Origin: Octopus vulgaris
Taxonomy: Eukaryota
Direction: 5' to 3'
DNA: 64,000 nt
Assembly: GCA_951406725.2 (NCBI GenBank)
Contig: OX597830.1
Span: 52,514,001 to 52,578,000, forward strand
Position 1 is the stretch's first letter. Every line of letters starts with the position of its first letter. Below, piece after piece: positions 25,755-39,977 of the stretch. The notes beneath the pieces were generated by a model. It was given only the letters and a program-made list of their open reading frames with translations. It made no database searches and was not told where the DNA came from. The position numbers and the translations under genes were made by a program.

Positions 25755-26555
25755 TTTCAAATTTTGGCTCAAGGCCAGCAATTTTGGGTGCAGGGTTAAG
25801 TTGATTAAATCAACCCCAGCGCACAATTGATGTTTATTTCATCAATCCCCAAAGAGATGGAAGGATGAAAGTCAACCTCAGCAGAATTTGAACTCAGAAC
25901 ATAAAGACGGATGAAATACTTGTTAAGCATTTTTGCTTGGCATGCTAATGATTCTGATAGCTTGATGTCCTTGATCCAAATTTTGGCACAAGGCCAGCAA
26001 GTTTAGGGGAATGGGTAAGTCAATTACATCAACCCCAGCAAACAACTGGTACTTATTTTATCAATCCCAATAGGATGTAAGGCAAAGACAAGCAAATTGC
26101 TGCTAAGCATTTTGCCTGGCATGCTCACAATTCTTATTTCTTTATTGCCCACAAGGGGCTAAACATAGAGGGGACAAACAAGGACAGACAAAGGAATTAA
26201 GTCGATTACATCAACTCCCAGTGCGTAACTGGTACTTAATTTATTGACCCCAAAAGGATGAAAGGCAAAGTCGACCTCGGCGGAATTTGAACTCAGAATG
26301 TAACAGCAGACGAAATACCTATTTCTTTACTACCCACAAGGGGCTAAACACAGAAGGGACAAACAAGGACAAGACAAACGGATTAAGTCGATTACATTGA
26401 CCCTCAGTACATAACTGGTACTTAATTTATCACCCCGAAAGGATGAAAGGCAAAGTTGACCTCGGCGGAATTTGAACTCAGAACGTAACGACAGATGAAA
26501 TACTGTTAAGCATTTCACCTGGCGTGCTAACAATTCTACCAGCTTGCTGCCTTAA
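25755..26555 (-). mobile_element. Tandem array of ~4 Meta-domain-like SINE units
   Basis: Repeated GATGAAAGGCAAAGTCGACCTCGGCGGAATTTGAACTCAG blocks of differing ages. Confidence 0.8.
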
Positions 26556-27247
26556 ATACAAGCATAATATTGCTCAACATAACAGTATGCTGGAAATTAA
26601 CATATTTGTGAAAAATATTATTGTAATAAGCACGGAAAACACAAGTGATAATTTTTTTATTTAATGTCGTGGTATAAAATCTCTAATTAAAAATAATTAT
26701 GTTGTAAGGAAAAGACTAATTTCATTTCAATAATTTCAGCAACTAATTTCAGGCACAGATATGGCTGTGTGGTTAAGACGTTCACTTAACAGCCACATTG
26801 CTTTAGGTTCAGTCCCACTATGTAACACCTTGGCCAAGTATGTTTTACTGATCAATCCTTGTGAGTGAATTTGTCAGAAAGAAATTGTGTGGAAGCTTGT
26901 CATGTGTGTGTGTGTGTGTGTGTGTTTGGGTTTGTCCAAACACCACCACTCAACAACTGGTGTTCTTTTGTTTACATCCCCATAATGTAGTGATTTGGCA
27001 AAAGAAACTGATAGTCCCAGACTTTAAAAATAAGTACTGAAATCAATCAGTTTGATTAAAACTTTTCAAGGGGATACCCCAGCATGACCACAATCAAACT
27101 GAAACACATAAAAGATAAAAGATATAAAAGAGACCTAACTCTGGACATGTTTAGGTCTTATTAACCCTCATCCGTAAAATATAGACTTATTGGTCATTGT
27201 AGACATTTCCTGATATTTCATGATTTCTTTAATTTGTCTCATTGCAG

Positions 27248-27331
27248 GGAATATAATTTAACTCTCATCTGAGACCAACCAGCAATGAGTAGCAGAAAAC
27301 ATTCTTTCAAAAAGCCAACCACTCCAAAATG
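27248..27331 (+). other. Candidate plus-strand exon containing an ATG
   Basis: Acceptor TTTCTTTAATTTGTCTCATTGCAG| and donor ATG|GTAAGA. ATG at 27285 reads MSSRKHSFKKPTTPK, with an in-frame stop upstream. Confidence 0.3.
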
Positions 27332-28773
27332 GTAAGAATATTTCATATCTGTAAATGACCAGCACCACAAGATGGCACTGGTGGGGAAAAAGAAGAATGG
27401 TGAGAAAGTTTAGGTTTGTTTACACATCTTACATGAGACAGATTCATCATCATCATTTAACACACATTTTCCATGCTGGCATGGGTTGAATGGTTGACAG
27501 GAACTGGCCAGCTGAGGATCTACCTGGGCACCATGTCTGTTTTGGCATAGCTTCTATGGCTGGATGCCCTTCCTAACACCAACCAATTTGCAGAGTGTGC
27601 TGGCTGCTTTTATGCAACACCAGCACATGTGCTTCTTACATGGCACTGGCAGGACTGCTTTTTTATGTGGCACCAGCACCCACAAACCCTCAAGATTAGG
27701 ATCACTCAGCTGAAGAGGAATATGGGGGACATGTCTTCTCAACTACCAAAAGTCCTGGTCCCTTGTCATCCTCTCTGTGAGGCCCAACATCTGAAGATCC
27801 TTTCTCGCCACTTCATTCCATGCCTTACTGGGTCTACTCCTTCCACATGTTTACTCCACAATTAGAGATTGGCACTTCTTGATGCAGCTGTCCTCATCCA
27901 TAGGCATTACATGGCCATACCAGCACAGTCTTCTCTCTTATCATCACTATTATTTACACTACAATCATATTTTTTACCTCAAAATTTGTTCCCTAATGAA
28001 GCATAAGAAGTGAGTCTCTGACTCCAACATGCAAATTCATTTAGACCAATCTGCCTGATTATTATCAGTATCATCATTGTATTTTAACATCCCTTTTCCC
28101 CTACTAGCATGGGCTGGATGTTTTGACAAGAAAAGATAAGCCAGAGGGCTCAGCCAAGTTCTGTGCCTGCTTTGGCATGATTTCTATAGCCAGATGCCCT
28201 TCTTAACATCAGCCACTTAACAGAGTGTACTGGGTGCTTTCTATGTGGCAACAGCACCAGTGAGGTTACCAAGTACCCATAAAATAAGTCTAAGTGGGTT
28301 ATAGACTGGAGAAAGAAACTATGACAGAGCAAGAGGAGCAGGTGTCACTAATTATTTATGTGATTACAAATTTTTGCTGAAACTATTAATAAACTGATTC
28401 ATATTTCTGACTATATTTACTGTTTTTTGCCAATACCAGTTGTTCTCAGATATGTTTTTATGTAAATCTCCTTTCATCCAAACTTGGGGAAGAAAAACTA
28501 ATGTTACCCCAGCAACTACTGTAGAAATAACTAGAGTATAATGAGCAAAGGAAATTACTCAGAGTCATCATCTACTCAGAAAATAACCAGTTATGTCAGT
28601 GCTAGAATATGTTAACACTGACTTACATATATACACAATGTCTTTATAAATAAGCAACATTGACAGAAGGAAACATTACAACACCATAGTCATTACTTTA
28701 CAATATTCATTACTCAGACACACCATCCATATAAAAAAAAAAACAAAAGTTAAGTTAGCATCTATATATTTAA

Positions 28774-29446
28774 CCCTCTTGTTATTATATTTCTGTTGAC
28801 AAATATAAGTGACAGAGTTAATATTAATACTGAAAGGTAATATTTATCTCCACTTAAATGTGGATGTTCTGTTAAAACAAACTATACTGCAGTAGGTACC
28901 ATGAGAGAAACTCTCATATAAGCCAATATGAGAGTTATTCTCATGTAAGGCGGCGAGCTGGCTAAAACGTTAGCATGCTGGTCAAAATGCTTAGCAGTGT
29001 TTCGTCTGTCTTTAGTTTCTGAGTTCAAATTCCACTGAGGTCGACTTTGCCTTTCATCCTTTCGAGATCGATAAATTAAGTACCAGTTGCATACTGGGAT
29101 CAATCTAATCAACTGCCCCCTCCCCCAAAATTTCGGGCCTTGTGCCTAAAGTAGAAAAGAATATGAGTGTTATTCTCATGGATCTGCCGCAGTAGAGCTT
29201 GTTCCAACAGAACATCCATATTTAAATGGAGATGAATATTTCTGTTGAAGCACACTGCTTTTTGCTTCACTTAATTTTGAAAATATTAAAGAATTTAGCA
29301 AGATATCTTTGACATTATTAATCTGGTGTTTGGAACATAAATTAGCATGCAATTTTGATGGAAGGTTTTAATTTAGATCACTTTGAAACGGGAAAGTTTG
29401 TATCATGGAACCGGGAGCAGTTTCAGGTCAGTTGGTATCAAAAGAG
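28774..29446. mobile_element. piggyBac-like MITE hosting a hairpin element that itself hosts a SINE
   Basis: TTAA at 28770-28773 and 29447-29450 with degenerate CCCT/CTCT termini. Inner 13-bp TSD ATATTTCTGTTGA (28787, 29236). SINE 28946-29159 has a 21-bp TSD. Confidence 0.55.
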
Positions 29447-29766
29447 TTAATGCTGGAAGTATAAATGATAATATAAAAAGAAACTAACAAATAAATAATT
29501 ATGCAACGAGGAAAAACAATTTTAGTCATTGATTAACATTGTTTTAATTAACTGGCAAGTCTCCCATACTTACTGAATTAATTAGAATTAATTAAAATAA
29601 TATTAGTGGAGAGGGCAGTGAATAAGCTGAGCTGTTAGTGTTGGATGAATGTCTTGTGATACTTGTTCCAGCTCTCTGCTTTCTGAGTTCAAATCCTGTT
29701 GAAGTTGACTTTGTCTTTTATCCTTCTAGGGTTGATAAATACAGCACCAGTCAGGAACTGGGGTTG

Positions 29767-29840
<74 letters not shown>

Positions 29841-30599
29841 ACTATTTTGTGTCATAAGGCTCACTCTTATTGACCCTTTTCTCCAGAAATAGTCTAAGTT
29901 TGAGTGAGGGGACAGCAACCACTTCTCATAAAAAAAAAACTGTTGTGGAACCTTCTAAAGATGGACTGATTGAACAGATTTAAAGAGAAGAATAATAACT
30001 AATATTGTTTCTATCTCATTACATAATCAAGAGGACAAATTGGCAAAGTCATTAAAGCGTCAGCTGAAATACCTTGCAGTATTAGTTTTAATTGTCTGTG
30101 CTCTGGGTTCAAATCCTGCAGCAATCAGCTTTGATCAACAATTTTAGTCACTGATTAACATTCTTTTAATTAACCGAGTAAGTTTCCCGTACCAGCTGAA
30201 TTAATTAAAATGAATTGAAATAATATTGACAAAGAAAGCAGTGAATTGGCAAAGATATTAGTTTTGGATCAATTGTCTTATGGTATTTGCTCCAGCTCTC
30301 AAATCTTTGTGTTCAAATCCCTTAGAGTGTCTTTAGGGTTCAATAAATAATTGAAATACTGGGGTCAATTTCCTCCTGTCAGTCCCCAACTCTTGACCTG
30401 TCTATATATATCTCTATCAATTTATCTATCAGGCACATTAAAGAGGCCATGTTCACCCTGCAAGTTCTTCCAATCATTTCATCACATTTCGATGGTCCCT
30501 CTATTTCTGCTTTTAGAACAGAGCTTTTGCGCCTTTGTTGACTTCCACTTTGGCTTATATCTTCTCTTTTAAGCCTTTCAGAGTATTGAACATGACATG

Positions 30600-31154
30600 G
30601 TTTTTCTTTCCATTTCTTCTTTAGTATGTTTTAGTGGAATTTTGAGTGGGTGTTGCACTTTGAGCTTGTCCCAGATGGTCATGCTGTGAACACTAACCTT
30701 TATGTTCAACAGTTGCAGTGAGTATATGATGCTTTGAAAGCCCACCATCCAGCATCTGTCAATTGGGAATGTGCACTCCTACAGCATGACAATACCCCAG
30801 CACACACTGCCAAAGTGACTAAATGCAAACTCGAGAAAGCTGAGGAGCTGAAAGTGCTGCCTCACTCTGCCTACAATCTAGACCCTGCACCATCAGATTA
30901 CCACCTTTTCTGAGTCATGGCTTCTTTCCTGCATGGATGAAGGTTCAACAATGTGGATGAGGTTGAGGATGAGTGTAGGGAACCTTTTGCCAACTAAATG
31001 ATATAAGTGTGGAATTGAGCTTCTGGCACAATGATGGCAACAAACAACAGAATATGATGGGATATATTTTGAGGAATAAATGCTTTACATATGTAATTTG
31101 TTTGAACTATTAATTAAAGCTCAAAATATGGAAAACTTTTGACTCAACCTCGTA
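30600..31154 (+). mobile_element. Mariner 3' half (DD34D-type catalytic region)
   Basis: WNFEWVLHFELVPDGHAVNTNLYVQQL..LLQHDNTPAHT..LPHSAYNLDPAPSDYHLF. TIR AAAACTTTTGACTCAACCTCGTA. Confidence 0.85.
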
Positions 31155-33577
31155 CATACGTTTGTGAGTGTGTATGTGTTATAATGGATGCAGACATCAA
31201 TGAATGGTTAAGAAATTTGCTTCACAATCGTGAGGTCCCCAGTTTGATCCCACTGTGTGACACCTTAGGCAAGTGCCTCTACTTTTTATCATAGTCTCAG
31301 GTCAACTCAAGTCTTGTGAGTAAAACTGGGGAGATGGAAACTGTGTGGAAGCCCATTGTATAGATAGTATCCATAAGTTAAAGGTCTAGCTTAGTTATAT
31401 ATCGTGTTGCCTTGATTTGGCCTAAGAATTTTGTTAAGAGTATACATGTCTGTGGAATACTCAGCCACCAAATTCTTAATTGCTTAAACAACTGAATACT
31501 CATTGTCAAAACTGATGGAGGATGTGTTGTGGCTGTGCAGTTAGGAAGTTTGGTACAGGAGACCTACTGTATGCAGAACTTAAACCATTTTATCTTTCAT
31601 TCCAACCATGTCATGCTTTCTCATTTCCGACATACATCTTGATGTTAGATTGGCAGAACCATTAGGGCACAGGGTGAAATGCTTAGTGGAATTAAGTTAT
31701 AGCCCTTTACATTCTGAGTTCAAATCCTGCTAAGGTCAAATTTGTTTTACCATTCCAATGTCAATAAAACAGAGTACCAGCTAAATATCGAGGTCGATGG
31801 TGTGGACTAAAACCCTTCACTCCTAATTTCTGGCCCCAAAAAATTCTGTTATATTCAAGACTAATATTTCCAGTATATTCAATCATTTTAAATGACTTCT
31901 GAAAATGAAGGAACCTTCACATAATTGTTATCTGCTACAATTAGCTGTCAAATGTCTTACACAGATCATCCTTGCAGACCTATGATCAAACTTATTGAAG
32001 CTGTGACAATCACATCTTTTACTTAGACATAGTGTATCTAGGGCAACATTATATAATGTGACCATCCTATTTTAACACAGTACAGTGTGATTGCAGGGAG
32101 ATTTGGCTGTTGTTTCAAGCAGATTGAGTGAATCCCTTGTTGGTTATGGTTTGTTGTTGTTTGACTCGAGGTAAACCTTGATCAAGCAGACCTCTTATCA
32201 GAAATTCCAACCATGCCCATCATACATATTTTTTTGACATAATATATCTAGGCTTACAGCATCCAATGCCACTTTTCTTTTTCTTTTTTAAGATGATAAA
32301 GTGTGATTTGAAGATGGGGAGAAGGGAGATTTGACTGTTATTTCTAGCAATTCAAACTATCACATAAAGGTTCTCTTGTTGGTTCATAGATGGAATATTG
32401 TCATTGTATCAAGTGTTGGGTAGATTACCCCAAATGTGGAACACATGTTGGCATAGCGGAATCAGTGGATGGGGTGTTGGCATATTGGTTGTAGAGTGGA
32501 TCAATGATGTGTGTGTTTCACTATGTCTTCCCACCATGACCAACACAATGTGTTTGAATTTGCATAGCTGAGTTGGTGTCAACAAGAAGATTCTCCTTGA
32601 GCCAATAAGAGAAATTCCACCATGATTCAACCTGACAGAAATAGCAGCCAAATCTCTCTTAAGTCTGACTTTCACAAAAACAGAAAAAGTATGCATGAGA
32701 TGACATGGTACTATATAAATACTTGAAAAAAAATGTTGGGATGGTCATAGTCGGAGTACCTTTGATCATAGGTCTGCTGGATCAGAGCTGATGTATGACT
32801 AAACAACAAGTGAAGAAACCAGCATTTCAGAATTTGACTCAGTGGCTCAGAAAACTCAGCTGTAAAACAGATACCACAGCAAGGTTGAGGATAGAGATTC
32901 CAGTATTGAGGAGGCGGGGGCAGCACTGTAAAACCGATGTTTTGTTAGCTTTGTAGTGGTGAGTTTAACTCCTTAAGTATGTAGATGGTACAATAGTGGC
33001 AAGGCTCCTTGCTTTATCAAACTGACAAGGCTCCTAGCTGTACATTACATGAGGCTAAAGCCTTCAGTGGTAAACCTTTCTATGACATAGTCAGAGATGG
33101 GGAGGAGGGTTATCACAGAGGCAAAAGAACAGACAGACACACATACCCATGGAAACAAAGGTGTAAACACACTCAAATATATGGAGACAAAGTCACAGAT
33201 ACACACATATCTCACTCACTTGTGCACACAAGCAGACACACTGAGACACACACACACACATGCTAATTATTAGAGAAGAGAGGGTACGTGTCATTAAGGC
33301 CTCACGGTAGTAAAAGTGTTGATGATAATTAGTGTGTTCATTAATTTCCTAATTATTTAGTTATGTGTATTTTTCATCTGAAGTCAGCTTGACCATCATT
33401 CATCATCATCATCACCATTATCATCATTCAGTCATCATTATCAGCATCATTGAAACATCATTCTCATCATCAACATCACTCATCATTATTCTATCAATTA
33501 AAAATTATTAATTTCCCCCTCCTCTGCCCTCTAGCAACAACTCTAAGGAGTGTAGCCTCCAGCACCCACCCACTCAC

Positions 33578-33797
33578 TTTCTTCTCACCCCTTTCCCTCT
33601 CCATGACCTCTCCATCAGTCAAACAAGTCATGCTCCTCCTTCCACTATGTCTACAGAGATTCCGACAATCTCTCTTATTCATTCCTGTCTTCAAGATATG
33701 GAAAAACCAGAGAAAAGTTCAGTTTCCCAACTTTATTATTAAAAACATCACCAACAACAACAACAACACCCAAACAATATCCAAGAATAAATCTGAT
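33578..33797 (-). other. Candidate exon (220 nt, probably UTR or non-coding)
   Basis: Acceptor TTATTGTTGTTATTTCAG| and donor GAAA|GTGAGT, in unique non-repeat sequence. Confidence 0.4.
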
Positions 33798-34239
33798 CTG
33801 AAATAACAACAATAATAATGCTTTTAAATTTTGGTACAAGGCCAGCAACTTCAGGGGAAAGGTATGTTGATTACATTGACCCTAGTGCTCAACTGGGACT
33901 TAATTTATCAACCCTGAAAGGGATGAAAAAGAATAATTAAAAGAGAATACGGGACATGTGACAACTAAATCAAAGTGTTATATGCATTCTACACAGCAAC
34001 ACTCTCCCCAAAACACACAAACACCATAAAAGAGAAATATGAACTTTAAAGAAAAAAACACACAGAGACATAAGGGGAAATATAACAGCAGACTAACAAA
34101 CATGTGAAGGTTTTATGTGAGGTTAAACTACCAAAAATTGAAAGATACAAACTTATAGATAGAATACACTGAAAATGAAACAGAACATTCAATCACACTG
34201 AAATATGAACTACAAGCAAACAAAAATTACACAATTATA

Positions 34240-34655
34240 GGCGCAGGAGTGGCTGTGTGGTAAGTAGCTTGCTTACGAACCACATGGTTCCAGGTTCAGT
34301 CCCACTGTGTGGCATCTTGGGCAAGTGTCTTCTACTATACCCTCAGGCTGACCAAAGCCTTGTGAGTGGATTTGGTAGACGGAAACTGAAAGAAGCCTGT
34401 CGTATATATATATATATATTTATATACATCTATATATGTATGTGTGTATATATGTTTGTCAGTCCGTGTTTGTCCCCCCAACATCACTTGACAACTGATG
34501 CTGGTGTGTTTACATCCCCGTAACTTAGCAGTTCGGCAAAAGAGACCGATAGAATAAGTACTAGGCTTACAAAGAATAAGTCCCGGGGTCGATTTGCTCG
34601 ACTAAAGGCGGTGCTCCAGCATGGCCACAGTCAAATGACTGAAACAAGTAAAAAA
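34240..34655 (+). mobile_element. Full-length young tRNA-derived SINE with central microsatellite
   Basis: GGCGCAGGAGTGGCTGTGTGG (A box), GGTTCAGTCCC (B box), CORE-like CTTGGGCAAGTG, a (TA/TG) centre and 3' GACTGAAACAAGTAAAA. Confidence 0.85.
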
Positions 34656-34689
34656 AGTGAAAATCCCCAAAACCTTTTGTTTCAACTTG

Positions 34690-35434
34690 GCATATACATA
34701 ATAATATTCTTGCAAGAAACGTACCCACACACACTACACAAATAAACACATATGTATACACATTTGTTCAAACACACATACATACATACAGAAGCTGCAT
34801 ACACACATGCATATGTACAATTATCTACACACAATACACGAACACACACATAACTATGTAAATACATCCACAAACAATACATATACACACATACACACAC
34901 ACACACACACACTCATGCACATGGGTAGACATACATACTAAGAACACATACATGTACACATATATGAAGATACGCACACTCAATACATACAAACGCATAA
35001 CTATGTAAACATAGCCACACACTATACATACACGCATACATATAAACACACTTGCAATATATTCAAACACACCCATAGACAATACACAATACACATATAC
35101 AAACATATTCACAAACCATAAACTCATATACACTCACATACACAAACGCATACACATACACACATATGTAAACATACTGACTGGTGTGTGTGTATATATA
35201 CATATACACACACACACACACACACGCATATGCAAATATACACATCTATGTAAACATAACATAGAATATTCGTGCACTTGTATAAACATACTCACAGATC
35301 ATAAATTCGCATACATATATTTAAACACACCTGTAGTGTATACATATGCACATCTATGTAAACATACCCACAGACTATACATTTACACATATGCAAACAT
35401 ACTCACAAACTATAAACTCATACACACACACACC

Positions 35435-35476
<42 letters not shown>

Positions 35477-35480
35477 TACA
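34690..35480. repeat. ~800-bp degenerate (CA/TA) low-complexity tract
   Basis: Continuous ACAY-type repeats. Confidence 0.85.
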
Positions 35481-35794
35481 CACACAGTGTTAGCTTCATC
35501 AATTTGACCTTCAAATTGGTAGCTCATTATTAGGAATAAATATATTTCCCCCTCTCCACCCCTCCCCCTTCTCTCTCTCCCCTCTCTCTCTCTCTCTCTT
35601 CTTCTTCTTCTTCTTCCCTGTCTCTTTCTCATTCAGTATTTGTTTGTCCACTTTGCTTCTATATGGTTCTGGTTTGAATCCTACTACATACCACCTTGGG
35701 CAAATGTGTTCTACTGTTTGAGGTTGACAGTGCCTTGCTATTGGAAACAAGCCGCATATACACTACACACATATGGATATGTGTGTGTGTATGT

Positions 35795-36275
35795 GTGTGT
35801 ATATGTGTGTGTGTGTCTGTATATAAGTGTGCGTGTATGTACACACACACACAGAGGCGCAGGTGTGGTTGTGTAGTAAGAAGTCTGCTTCCCAACCACA
35901 TGATTCCAAGTTCACTCCCACTGCATGTCACCTTGGGCAAGTGTCTTCTACTATAGGCTTGGTAGAAGACCAAAGCCTTGTGAGTGGATTTGGTAGATGG
36001 AAACTGAAAGAAGCCCATCATGTGTGTGTGTATATGTGTGTGTGTCTGTATATAAGTGTGTGTGTATTACACACACACACACACACAAGTGTGGTTGTGT
36101 AGTAAGAAGTCTGCTTCCAAACCACGTGGTTCCAAGTTCATTCCCACTGCATGTCACCTTGGGCAAGTGTCTTCTACTATAGCCTTGGACTGACCAAAGC
36201 CTTGTGAGTGGATTTGAGAGACAGAAATTGAAAGAAGCCCATCGTGTGCGTGTGTGTATGTATGTGTGTGTGTGT
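35795..36275 (+). repeat. Local tandem duplication of a SINE 5' half plus flanking microsatellite
   Basis: 35795-36020 and 36025-36245 share diagnostic bases (GTCTGTATATAAGTGTG, CCAAGTTCA, CATGTCACC). Confidence 0.75.
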
Positions 36276-36284
36276 GTTCTCTCT

Positions 36285-36725
36285 TGCAAACAGCAACTAA
36301 TTTCTCTTATACCTAACTTCTCTCTCAATACACTGGTTCTCTGTCAAACATGTACACTTACGTCACACATCCAGCAGAGCATACTAGCCTCATTCCTCTC
36401 TAACCATCGCATGTCTTCTGCATTCAGAGCCCACATCTCACTACCATGTAGAATTGCTGTCCATATACATGTCTCATACAATCTTCCTTTCACTCAGAGA
36501 GAGAAAACTTTCATAGCCAACAGAGGTAACAGCTCTCTGAATTCCCTCCAACCCATTTTTACTCTAGCTATCACACTCTCTGTGCATCCTCCCCTACTAC
36601 TAATTTGGTCCCCTGGGTAACAGAAATTGTCTACTACCTGTAATGAACCACCTGGGCATTTCAGAGAATCAGTTTCTATAGTTTTCATGGATCTTGTACA
36701 CCTTCCACATATGAATACTACCTTA

Positions 36726-36757
<32 letters not shown>

Positions 36758-36827
36758 GCACACTCACACTCACACATATACACACACACATATATATATA
36801 TATACACATATACAGACAAACACACAG

Positions 36828-36858
<31 letters not shown>

Positions 36859-37440
36859 TATCATCATCATCATCGTCATCATATAATGTCCATTTTCCAT
36901 GCTGGCATAGGTTAGACAGCTTGACTGGAGCTGATTAGCCAGAGAACTGCACCAGGCTCCAATCTATTTTGGCTCAGTTTCTATGGCTTACTACAATATT
37001 GATCTTTCCTCTGTTAACTTTAAGGCTATTTGATTCTCCTGTTTTGCTTCCACATCTGGGATTTCCTTTTCAGTTCTGTCACAGTTTCTTGTACGAGAGC
37101 ATAATCATCAGTTTACAGTGGCTCCCAAGAGTAGCCAGTCTTAAATTCCTATGTTATGGCTTGGAGGATTATAGGAGGGGACTGAGTACTGAACCCTTGT
37201 GAACTTCTACCTGTACATTAAATTCATTGCTGTACTTGTGGCTAACTCTCGCTCTACTGATAGCACCTCCATACATGGCTTGTATGGCTCTTACAAGCCT
37301 TTTCTCTACTCCTATCTCCCTCAGAGATCACCTGATCATAGAGTAAGGAACTCCGTCAAAGGCCTTCTCCAGATTGATGAATGCCAAGTACAATGGTTTA
37401 CTGTCAGTTAGATGCACCTCCTGCAGTTGTCTTATTATGC
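36285..37440 (-). mobile_element. RTE LINE RT and C-terminal fragments
   Basis: RQLQE..PLYLAFINLEKAFD; VVFICGRC..YPGDQISSRGGCTESVIARVKMGWREFRELLPLL. Confidence 0.85.
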
Positions 37441-38367
37441 ACACACACACACACACACACAAGCACATGTGTGCACGTGCACACACATGAAAGCACGTGT
37501 TCACACACATTCATATCTGTGTGAATCAGTGCTGTGTTGCATCCCCTTATGTCAAAAAGGTGAAAACTTTGTCATATGATAAATATCATCATCATCATCA
37601 TCATTTAGCGTCCGTTTTCCATGCTAGCATGGGTTGGACGGTTCAACTGGGGTCTGTGAAGCCAGAAGGCTGCATCAGGCCCAGTCTGATCTGGCGGTGT
37701 TTCTACGGCTGGATGCCCTTCATAACGCCAACCACTCCGCAAGTGTAGTGGGTGCTTTTTACGTGCCACCCGCACAAGTGCCAGACGGAGCTGGCAAACG
37801 GCCATGAACGGATGGTGCTTTTACGTGCCACTGGCACGGGGGCCAGGCGAGGCTGGCAATGGACACGAACGGATGGTGCTTTTACGTGCCACTGGTACAG
37901 AGGCCAGTCGGGGCAGTGCTGGCAACGGCCACAAACGGATGGTGCTTTTTATGTGCCACCGGCGTATTGATAAATTAAGTAAAAGACTAAAATAAGTACT
38001 GCGGTCATGTGATCAACTAAAAGGAGACCCCCTTAAATATAGCACCCTGACATGACCATAGTCCAATAACTAAAACAACTAAGGAAAAAAATGTAATCAG
38101 TTACTCATGCTTGGACAACATAGATTCCCACATAAAACACTACATTCACAAACACACCTCCTATAGAGTGACCATGCCATCAGCAAACTTGTGGCTGTTA
38201 ACCACCCCTATAACTACTTCTTGAAAGATCACCTCCTCCAATGCTCTCTCTCTCTCTTCTCAAAGATTCCTTGTTTTGCAAAGTTACTTGGTGACTCTGC
38301 CGGTGCTGGTGCCATGTGTTATGGCCAAATTTTTAGGCACACTTTACTTCCATAAAGTGAGGGCTTC

Positions 38368-38413
<46 letters not shown>

Positions 38414-38444
38414 ATGATGATGATGATGATATATATATACATAT

Positions 38445-39895
38445 ATCCTCATCATCATTATCATCATCTAGCATCTACTTTCCATGCTGGCATGGGTTAG
38501 ACTGGCTGATTTGATGTGGTTTCAATGGCTGGATGCTTTTCTTAACATGTAGTGAGTGCCTTTTACATATCACTGGCATAGGTGCCTTTTACATGTCACC
38601 AGCATGGGTGCCTTTGATATGTTACTAGCACGGGTGGTTTTTATGTGTCACCAGCACTGGCCACGACTACAATTTCACTTGGCTTGATGTGTCTTCTTAA
38701 ACACATCAAATCGCCAGAGATCTTGATCACTTGTCATCACCTTTGTGAGACCCAAGAGTCAAAGATTGTGCTTCACCATCAAATCCCATGTCTTCTTGGG
38801 TTTACCTTTTCCACAGGTTCCCTCCACAGTTAGAGATCAGCTCTTCTTTATGCAGCTGTCCTCATCCATATACAACACATGACCATACCAACACAGTTGT
38901 CTCTATTGCACACCACCTCTGATATTTTTCTCAAGATGCTCACACTCTGTTGAACATACACCACCTGCTTTATTCTCTCTCTCTCTCTCTCTCTCTCTGT
39001 CAAAGGTTTTCTCCATGTCAACAAAAACGAAGTACAGAGGTTTATTTTTGGCTAAGCACTTTTCCTGCAACTGCCTTACCAGGAATATAGCATCATTGGT
39101 AAGATTCTCTCTGGCACAAAACCAAACTACATCTCATCTAGATTATCTCTCTCCCTAATTAGTTGGGCCATGACCCTCTCCATAACTTTCATCAATTGAT
39201 CCAACAATTTGATACCTCTCAAATTATTTCTGTCTAAGGTATCACCTTTACCTTTGTAGCAGTTACTATGGTGCTGCTACACTAGTCATTGGGTATGACT
39301 CAATTGTGGGCTATCTGATTAACTATATGGGTGACTAGACCATAACCCACACCACCAGATATTTTAAGTATCTTGGTAGTGATTTCTGATGAGCCAGGGG
39401 ATTTCCCCATCTTCATATCCTTCATGGCTTTAACTACCCTGCTACTGTCTATTCAGATTGCTGATCCCTCTGTCGGATCCACATTAGGCAGACTCTCCAT
39501 GAATCCTCTACACTTAACAACCTTTCATAGTGGCACTACCAAGTCTCTTTCTTTGCAGAGTTGCTAACTGCAAGTGAACCATCATCCATGTGAACGCACT
39601 TCAATCCAACATCACAGTTTTTCTTGACACACTGTCTTGCAAACCAAAATACTTCATCCTGCCAAACATTGACAAACTTCTTCCTTTCTGCTTCAACCCC
39701 GGCTAAGTATACTGGCCTCCTAGCTTCCCTTCAACCTACCAAATATAGTTCCTTGCTATCACCACTTTTCCAGTTCTTCCAGGCCTGTTTATTTGCTCTC
39801 AAGGCGTTGTCAACTACACTGTTCCACCACCATATCACCTTAGGCCTGGTTGGGACTTTGCACCAACCACAAATTTGGTCTGTGGCTCACAGTAA
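38445..39895 (-). mobile_element. RTE LINE relic (linker, RT and 3' end)
   Basis: Homologous to 58700-59620 (WWWN, RGIKLLDQLMKV, FVDMEK) and to the RTE 3' UTR. Confidence 0.85.
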
Positions 39896-39928
39896 TATAC
39901 TCATACACACACACACACACACACACAG

Positions 39929-39977
<49 letters not shown>

